Origin: a virus
Lineage: Duplodnaviria; Caudoviricetes
DNA: 52,836 bases
IMG/VR virus record: IMGVR_UViG_3300040770_000629
Coordinates: 1-52,836 of that record
Strand: one strand, 5' to 3'
Made by a program: the position numbers and the translations under genes. Positions 46,642-52,836 of this stretch are shown here, piece by piece (the stretch's first letter is position 1; the number at the start of each line of letters is the position of its first letter). The notes beneath the pieces are model-generated. The model did not search any database, was not told the DNA's origin, and saw only the letters and a program-made list of their open reading frames with translations.

Positions 46642-47265
46642 ATGTTTACTGAAATCATCCCTGAACTTAATGCAACAGGGATCTTTACGCTAAGGGAGCC
46701 CTTTAGCACACTGATCCCTCCTCAAACACGCTACACTGTCAAAGGTGTCAGAAAACTCTCTGAGATCATTGCCTCTGGTGAAGATCCTTTTGAAAAATAC
46801 TACAGCATTGTTGGTGTCACTAAAGTTGACTACGATCTAGACGTAGTGGCTGACATCAGCATTGTTGTGCTGTCTTCCGAGACAGGTCAGTGGCTTTATG
46901 TGCCAAGCACTTCAATCATCAGCTACCCCGATGTCAATGGAGTTGTCTACACATCAATCGTGCTGGCCATTGCTCTGGGGCCTGTAGCAGACATGGACTC
47001 ATTGACTCCTTTGAAAACAAGTCTAGTCAATGTTGTCAAAGATGCTTTAGGTGTCAACTCTCAAGTCGAAGAAATTACCGTATCGCCACCAGCAATCGTT
47101 CCATACGCTCAACACCTTCTTATCCAGAATGCAAGAGACGCTCTCAAAGTTACCAACATGAGCGACAGAGCTAAATATGTATCTCTGCTTGCTAAGTTCG
47201 ATGCTTGTACAGCAAGAGTTATTGAGTTAGAGAATTACATCAAAGCTAACATGCCACCCCCATGA
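46642..47265 (+). CDS. conserved phiKZ-like hypothetical protein
   Basis: 207 aa coupled to the previous gene; C-terminal coiled coil. Confidence 0.7.
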   Translation: MFTEIIPELNATGIFTLREPFSTLIPPQTRYTVKGVRKLSEIIASGEDPFEKYYSIVGVTKVDYDLDVVADISIVVLSSETGQWLYVPSTSIISYPDVNGVVYTSIVLAIALGPVADMDSLTPLKTSLVNVVKDALGVNSQVEEITVSPPAIVPYAQHLLIQNARDALKVTNMSDRAKYVSLLAKFDACTARVIELENYIKANMPPP

Positions 47266-47268
47266 ACC

Positions 47269-47317
47269 GCATAAACCCTCACTACTTTGCCATAAGCATT
47301 GTAGTGAGGGTTTATGT
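47269..47317. terminator. stem-loop at convergent junction
   Basis: perfect 16-bp arms CATAAACCCTCACTAC / GTAGTGAGGGTTTATG. Confidence 0.75.
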
Positions 47318-47322
47318 TGTTA

Positions 47323-47622
47323 TTAAGCTGTACGAGGAACGTAAGTCGGATCGTAAGCCTTCAGGTAGTTATTGATCATGGAGATGTTTCTCTCTGTGCT
47401 AACTACAGCTTCATTTTTGTCGTCGGTGATAATCTTCAGGAGATTGTTGTTACGAATAGCGTTGAGTTTTTCTTTATAAAAGAAGTACTTATTGATTGCA
47501 CTATTAGCAGCCGACAGGGACAGTATAGAGTCGTCACCTGCACGCAACTGTACCAAAGATGTCTCAGAGCTGTCAAAGACATCATTGAGTGCCACTACCA
47601 TATCTTTGAATTCGTTTGCCAT
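47323..47622 (-). CDS. small hypothetical protein
   Basis: 99 aa with GAGGA RBS, downstream of sbcC. Confidence 0.7.
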   Translation of the reverse strand: MANEFKDMVVALNDVFDSSETSLVQLRAGDDSILSLSAANSAINKYFFYKEKLNAIRNNNLLKIITDDKNEAVVSTERNISMINNYLKAYDPTYVPRTA

Positions 47623-47648
47623 TTAAGTCCTCATTTAAAGTTAAAAGT

Positions 47649-50135
47649 TTATTCCATTATCACATGTTCGTTGTACACAGCATTTGTCGGAATAGCAATG
47701 TTGTTACTACACAATACGCAAACTTCAGCATTGGTTAAAGAGCCGTAGGTTGCCTCGTAGTGACTGATGGTAAAGAGTTGTGTAAAAGAGCGCATCTCAA
47801 TGAGTTGTTTAATCCCTTGAGCAGCAGCGACCCTGTGCTCCTTGTCAAACGTTTTACCAAACTCATCGATCAACAAAGGCGTGTCTTCTAATCCTAAGTA
47901 TTTCAATGCAGTGATCTTAAAAGCCAAGTCTACAATTTCTTGCATCGCTGAGCTTCCCTTACTGACATCGGGTACTTTGTCAGGTTTGTTTTGCACTCTC
48001 AAAGGAAACTTGTAATCTAACTCCAGTGTTCCATCTTCATCTAATCCACATGGAATTACTTCCAAAGGGTAGAGCCAAATCTTGTCAATGAAGTTATTCA
48101 TCAACTGAACAAAGTTAGAGATAAAACCAATCAAGCCTTCAGCAATCAAACCTTCAGTAGGTGACAACTCTTTCATCAATGCCTTGTAAGCACTTTCTTG
48201 GAGTTGCTGTAAGTCTACTTGCTTTTGAATGTCAGCAATGATACTGGTTTGAATGTTGACCTCTGAGAGTGTTTGTTCTTTCTTTGACAAACGGATCTGT
48301 ACAGACTTTATCACATCAATCAGAGCGTCTCTTCTGAAAGCTTCTTTATGCTCCGTATAGTTCAGAGTAAAAGAAGAGGAGAGAATTTGCATTTGCTCGG
48401 ACAGATCAATCAGCTCTAAAATATCCCTCTTGTGTTGCTTGAGGTCCTTGATGGAATTAATCAATTCAACTGACTTCTTTGTACACACTTCAATTTTAGT
48501 TTCGATCTCAACGCAGTTGTTTCTGAGCTTGAAAATATCGGCTTGTCCTACAGACTCAGAGATGACTAAAAGTTCCTCAAACCTTTTGACCTGTTTAGAC
48601 AAGTTCTCTACTTCAACGTCACGGGCTAAGTCAGAACGAAACACATTGAGAATGTTCAGGCCTGACCTCGGCTCGATAGTTAAAGTCTTGTTATCAACGA
48701 AGTAATTCCAAAGCGGCTTTAAGATAGGCCAGTTGATTGTGCAGTTCCAAAAGCTTTTGTAGATCTCGACGTACTCAGTGATCTCTTGTTGTTCATTGAG
48801 TTTTTCAGCCAGATCAGTAGCTAAGTCATCAATGTGTTCTTGAGTCCTTTCAATGTACTCACAAACATCGTTGTAGTATTTCTGATCAAAACCTTTAGCC
48901 CACTTGTGTGAGCATTGTGGACACTCTGTGATCTCTTTGCTCTTTTGATGTTCCTGGTGTTGTTTAATACCTTCGTGCTTAGACAAGTCTGCGGCTAGTT
49001 TAGTATTCTTGTCTTTCATCGCAAGGATGTCGACGTTGAGTGTCTGCAGTTTGAGTTTACTAAACTTATTGTCCGCGTTGCTGGGTAGCCTGTGAAAAAC
49101 ATCTGTCAGTGTATCGACGACGGTTTCTAAAGCCAACAAAGTGTTCTCAGCGTCTTCTACTTCGATGCCTAAAGACTTTAGTTTTTTCTTAGCCTCAATG
49201 TCCTTGTTCAGTAACTGAATTTTGTTTTGAAACTCAATTGCACCTTCGCCGCCTGTTTGTGTTAGCAACTCAATAGTTTGCTCAACTTTAGCATGAGTCT
49301 CATAGTGCTCTACAATCAACAGCTCTTGAACTTTTTTGTCAGACTCTAGTACTTGAACTCGCTCGTCGATTTGTTCAACGTCTAGACCTCGACCAACAAA
49401 ATTGTTTTTCTTTTTCATGAAAGTATTGAAAAGAAAACATATTTTGTCCTGAATCTGTTGGTTGATTCGATCGTGCTCTGCGGGTGTCTTGTCCAAAGGT
49501 TTTCTGTACTCCATCAGAAACTGAAGTGTTTCGTGAAGACTGTCAACTTCTTTTTGCAATACATCTTTTTCTTCGTTAGTGATAATCTTAGAAGTTTCAA
49601 CGACCAGTCTGTTTTTAGCAATCTTCAGAGAACCTGCTATGTCTCTGTGCTTTTCTTTGAACTTATTGAAAAGGCTGATAGCATAGTCAAAGTTAGTATC
49701 AGCAAGCTTAGTCAACCAATATCTTCTATCGGACGGACTCATCGAACAAAACTTAATCTGATTGGTAATTAAGGTTTGAATTTCGTTTGTAATGCCGAAT
49801 TCTTTTCTGACCAGTTCTCTTTGAACAGAAGCAGTTCCACCGGGATTCAGTTCATTGCCTGATTTGACAAAGCTGTGGTTTTGCTTACCACTGAAGGTGC
49901 TTTTAAGGTCATACATGGCCCCGTGGTGCTCCAGAGAAATGCTCTTGGACCCATTGGGGTAGAAATCATTTTCATACGCTGGAAGAGGAGTTAATTCACC
50001 GAGCAGTGAAGACTTACCACTTCCGTTAGTTCCGATAATCAACTGCACCATTTTCGTTGGTGTGATTGTAAACGTGTTAAAGTTACTGACAATAAATCTC
50101 TTGTAACCAGACAACTGTAACGACAAAATTTTCAT
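47649..50135 (-). CDS. sbcC: SbcC/Rad50-like ATPase (phiKZ gp165-like)
   Basis: Walker A GTNGSGKSS, central zinc hook CPQC within coiled coil, Walker B LLIDEFG, ISH. Confidence 0.92.
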   Translation of the reverse strand: MKILSLQLSGYKRFIVSNFNTFTITPTKMVQLIIGTNGSGKSSLLGELTPLPAYENDFYPNGSKSISLEHHGAMYDLKSTFSGKQNHSFVKSGNELNPGGTASVQRELVRKEFGITNEIQTLITNQIKFCSMSPSDRRYWLTKLADTNFDYAISLFNKFKEKHRDIAGSLKIAKNRLVVETSKIITNEEKDVLQKEVDSLHETLQFLMEYRKPLDKTPAEHDRINQQIQDKICFLFNTFMKKKNNFVGRGLDVEQIDERVQVLESDKKVQELLIVEHYETHAKVEQTIELLTQTGGEGAIEFQNKIQLLNKDIEAKKKLKSLGIEVEDAENTLLALETVVDTLTDVFHRLPSNADNKFSKLKLQTLNVDILAMKDKNTKLAADLSKHEGIKQHQEHQKSKEITECPQCSHKWAKGFDQKYYNDVCEYIERTQEHIDDLATDLAEKLNEQQEITEYVEIYKSFWNCTINWPILKPLWNYFVDNKTLTIEPRSGLNILNVFRSDLARDVEVENLSKQVKRFEELLVISESVGQADIFKLRNNCVEIETKIEVCTKKSVELINSIKDLKQHKRDILELIDLSEQMQILSSSFTLNYTEHKEAFRRDALIDVIKSVQIRLSKKEQTLSEVNIQTSIIADIQKQVDLQQLQESAYKALMKELSPTEGLIAEGLIGFISNFVQLMNNFIDKIWLYPLEVIPCGLDEDGTLELDYKFPLRVQNKPDKVPDVSKGSSAMQEIVDLAFKITALKYLGLEDTPLLIDEFGKTFDKEHRVAAAQGIKQLIEMRSFTQLFTISHYEATYGSLTNAEVCVLCSNNIAIPTNAVYNEHVIME

Positions 50136-50200
50136 AAAAATATGCTCCCTACTAAATTATGTAGACTTAATATTTTTACCTTAAAAGGCGACGACCGGTT

Positions 50201-50989
50201 ATGGATCAACCCACAATTTCTAAACTCACGTTCTACTCTTTAGGGTTAGTTGCTGCAAACAAAGACCTCAAGAGCCACGTGATCGAGGTAAGTCCTGTTG
50301 AGGATTTTCCTATGCTCAACGGAGAAGTAACAGACAATATTGAAAAGTACAAGACCAGCACACAAGACTCTCAAGGCTCAGTTAAGAACATTGAAGTCAA
50401 CACCACTGCATCTGTTAAAGCAACTTGGCTTCCTATTAACAACAGCAACAGAAAGACTTCACCAGATGTCCGGCGTGGAGAAACAGTAGTGCTCTACAAG
50501 TTTGGTGACTCTGATAAGTACTGGTGGAACACTTTGTTCGATGACGGTAAGCTCAGAAGGCTAGAGACCGTTGTTTATGCGTTCAGTAACAACTCTAAGG
50601 AAAACGTTGAAGACACTGCTGAGTCAACTTACTACTTGGAAGTGAGCACACACAGAAAGCTGATGCATATTCACACATCTAAAAACGATGGAGAGCCATT
50701 TGCTTACGACGTGCAGATTGATGCTAAAAACGGTGTGATCACAATTACTGATGATGCTGACAACTTTATTGTTCTGAATTCTAAAGACAGACGATTGATT
50801 CTTCACAACGCTGACGGGTCTATCCTAGATGTCAACAAGAAGGTCATTGACATGTTTGCTATTGATAAGATTAATCTCAAATCCAATCAGGTTAATGTCA
50901 ATGCAGAGAGCATCAATGTCACTGGTGGTAATGTCATAGTAACTGGTAGCGCAATAACCGTTTCTTCACCTAACACTAACATCAACTAA
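50201..50989 (+). CDS. baseplate central spike (gp5/gpV-like; phiKZ gp164-like)
   Basis: OB-fold-like N-terminus (ATWLP...SPDVRRGETV), beta-helix repeats VNVNA.SINVTG.NVIVTG; adjacent PAAR. Confidence 0.8.
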   Translation: MDQPTISKLTFYSLGLVAANKDLKSHVIEVSPVEDFPMLNGEVTDNIEKYKTSTQDSQGSVKNIEVNTTASVKATWLPINNSNRKTSPDVRRGETVVLYKFGDSDKYWWNTLFDDGKLRRLETVVYAFSNNSKENVEDTAESTYYLEVSTHRKLMHIHTSKNDGEPFAYDVQIDAKNGVITITDDADNFIVLNSKDRRLILHNADGSILDVNKKVIDMFAIDKINLKSNQVNVNAESINVTGGNVIVTGSAITVSSPNTNIN

Positions 50990-50994
50990 AAATC

Positions 50995-51252
50995 ATGAGT
51001 AAAATTGTAAGACTCAACGACACCAGTGATCACGGTGGTTTGATGGTTAGTGCCAGTGCAAACTTTCGTTGTAACTCAAGAGGGGTCTGTGTTGATGGAG
51101 ATCTTCATCAGTGTCCTATCCAAGGTCACGGCACGACCTCTGTAACAGGCACAGGTAGCTTTAAAAGCAACGGGAAGAGAGTGATCAAGACTGGAGACGT
51201 TGCAGGCTGCGGAGCGATTATAGTAACTGGTAGCGACAATACCTCAACTTAA
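50995..51252 (+). CDS. PAAR-like spike tip protein
   Basis: RLNDTSDHGG, DGDLHQCPIQGHG, TGDVAGCGAII; His/Cys metal ligands. Confidence 0.9.
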   Translation: MSKIVRLNDTSDHGGLMVSASANFRCNSRGVCVDGDLHQCPIQGHGTTSVTGTGSFKSNGKRVIKTGDVAGCGAIIVTGSDNTST

Positions 51253-51262
51253 AAACTTAAGA

Positions 51263-51311
51263 GCATAAAACTCAATACTTTTTACGGTATTGAGTTTTAT
51301 GTATTTATGCC
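51263..51311. terminator. stem-loop at convergent junction
   Basis: perfect 15-bp arms CATAAAACTCAATAC / GTATTGAGTTTTATG, then a second TTATGCC. Confidence 0.75.
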
Positions 51312-51312
51312 G

Positions 51313-51768
51313 TTAACCTTGTTTGCTTAAGTAAACTGTGAAATCATCAACTTCTAACATGAAACGCTCAGCTGTTGGAACGACACTAGGTTTACTAGAT
51401 TCAAATTTGAAGAACTTGTTGTAGACGGCACTACGCCACTCGATGAAAGCCAAAGCTTCTTTCTTAAAAGAAGGATTAGCATGATCGTTGGCATAGCTCA
51501 CAAGTTCTGCGGAATCATCGTAGCGCAATTCTTTTGCTTTAGTCTCAATAAAGGATTTAACAGCAAGCTTTAACTTTGCAACATCAGCTTGATTGCGTCT
51601 GAAAGCAGAGATGAAAGGCGAACCATTGACCAAAGTGAGATACTCTTTTTCCGCAAACATGCTCGGGTTGACCACGAACTCGTTCGATGGTAAGACGGCA
51701 GGCTTTATTTGGTACTCTTTGTAGCCCAAGTAAGCCCCATCACTTGAAAAAATTACGACTTGGTGCAT
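51313..51768 (-). CDS. tail fibre assembly/chaperone-like protein
   Basis: AKELRYDD....SYA....P.F.KEA.AF.EWR..V pattern typical of genes following tail fibres. Confidence 0.6.
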   Translation of the reverse strand: MHQVVIFSSDGAYLGYKEYQIKPAVLPSNEFVVNPSMFAEKEYLTLVNGSPFISAFRRNQADVAKLKLAVKSFIETKAKELRYDDSAELVSYANDHANPSFKKEALAFIEWRSAVYNKFFKFESSKPSVVPTAERFMLEVDDFTVYLSKQG

Positions 51769-51780
51769 AAAAATAATCTT

Positions 51781-52836
51781 TTAAGGAGTAGGGATGAACA
51801 TGTAAATGAAACCAAAACTAATTGGCTGAATACCGTCGGGTGATTCAGCTACAAGCGTTGTGACTGTTTGTTCGATAGTCATCGATTCACCTGCCTGTAT
51901 TGTTTTATTTGAAAATTGTGTTGTCGGGAGTCTTGTTTGATCACCTGTTTGCGTCACGCCGTTGAAGATCAGCTGATGAGAAAAAGCATTTCTGTTAGGA
52001 TAAGCTAACTGAAGTGTTGAAACTACAAAAATAATTCCTTTAACTTCTGCTACAAAAGACAAAGTGTTTTTGTAAGCGATGTTATAGCCAGCTGGCAAGA
52101 TGTACTGTTTAACGCTATTGGTCGATGCTTTACGAATCGCATCAAGCGCTACCTTATCAGCTGCTGACATCGTACCGTTTGACAAAGCTGTGGCAACAGG
52201 AAGTTGGCTAATGTCAGACAACGCTGAGAGTTGGTTGATCTGCGCACTGAAGGTCTGACGAATGCTCTTGATCTCGTTGGTAATGTAGTTCAGTACTTTT
52301 TCATAGCCCGGAACATCAGCCAACAAAATAGCATTGCGAATTCTCTCCATCGCACCAACTAAGTATTCAAACCCATAGACATCGCCAATGTCATGCAAGT
52401 GAGGACCAGGCGCAAAAGCATCAGGTTTATTGATGATGTTTGGCCAACTGACAGGACGATTGTCGTTTAGAAACAGGTTGTACAAGTTGATAATGGCGTC
52501 TGCACTACGTGTGTAAGGACCACCTAAAGCTTGGTAGTCAATCCGAACTGTCGAACTGACTGTAGGGTCAGTAATTACAATGACGTTACAGATCTCTTTG
52601 GCATAGATCTCAGTCTCATGTTGCAACAGCTCACTGCAGTAATACTGAACGCCGCGCACCAAAATGTTGTTAGTTACACTGTCAAAGACACGTAACGACT
52701 CTGTAAAGTAACCACCATAGGTTGGAGCAATTGATCTGATTCTCAAACTTTCCAATGTATGAGGTTCAGCATTGACGTAGTTGTCTGGATTGACACCAGT
52801 GGGGTCTAGTGGGTATCTTAAAAGTGTGTTAGGCAT
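51781..52836 (-). CDS. short tail fibre-like virion protein
   Basis: phiKZ-type fibre N-terminus YPLDPTG..PDN...EPH; VSWPNIINKP..F.P..HLH...DVYG; AT....GTMSAADK..LD; small beta-rich C-terminal domain. Confidence 0.65.
   Translation of the reverse strand: MPNTLLRYPLDPTGVNPDNYVNAEPHTLESLRIRSIAPTYGGYFTESLRVFDSVTNNILVRGVQYYCSELLQHETEIYAKEICNVIVITDPTVSSTVRIDYQALGGPYTRSADAIINLYNLFLNDNRPVSWPNIINKPDAFAPGPHLHDIGDVYGFEYLVGAMERIRNAILLADVPGYEKVLNYITNEIKSIRQTFSAQINQLSALSDISQLPVATALSNGTMSAADKVALDAIRKASTNSVKQYILPAGYNIAYKNTLSFVAEVKGIIFVVSTLQLAYPNRNAFSHQLIFNGVTQTGDQTRLPTTQFSNKTIQAGESMTIEQTVTTLVAESPDGIQPISFGFIYMFIPTP

Noticed and set aside
1929-50203. TATG overlapping start codons of several late genes as leaderless promoters
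   Set aside because: T before ATG is common in AT-rich DNA and several of these genes have normal RBSs
1830-51311. Hairpins as CRISPR repeats or transposon ends
   Set aside because: They are single, dispersed and differ in sequence; no spacer periodicity, cas gene or transposase
51781-52836. Diversity-generating retroelement target in the tail fibre
   Set aside because: No reverse transcriptase and no template-repeat copy seen in the window
1-52836. Stop-codon reassignment, inteins or frameshifts in core genes
   Set aside because: Core genes are full-length in the standard code, all three stops are used, and no intein motifs were seen in terminase, RNAP or UvsX

Overview
A 52.8-kb segment of a phiKZ-like jumbo myovirus (Chimalliviridae-type gene content, standard genetic code, AT-rich). 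It holds the conserved virion/morphogenesis core: terminase large subunit, baseplate/tail proteins, tail sheath and tube, prohead protease, and four separately encoded pieces of the virion multisubunit RNA polymerase (beta-N, beta-C, beta'-N with the DFDGD catalytic motif, and a probable beta'-C). It also has a 2439-aa tape-measure-like protein with two predicted peptidoglycan hydrolase domains, UvsX, RNase H, SbcC, a central spike with PAAR tip, and a tail fibre with chaperone. One AT-rich free-standing GIY-YIG homing endonuclease is inserted after the beta-C gene. The most notable non-coding signals are: (i) a family of long intergenic hairpins, present at 7 of 7 convergent gene junctions, all bracketed by (G/A)CATA...TATG(C/T), two sharing an identical 16-nt apex; (ii) an RBS-sequestering hairpin with a nested TATG palindrome upstream of the endonuclease. 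Orthologue numbers (phiKZ gpNNN) come from recalled motifs and synteny, not database searches. No tRNA, rRNA, CRISPR, intron or intein was recognised.
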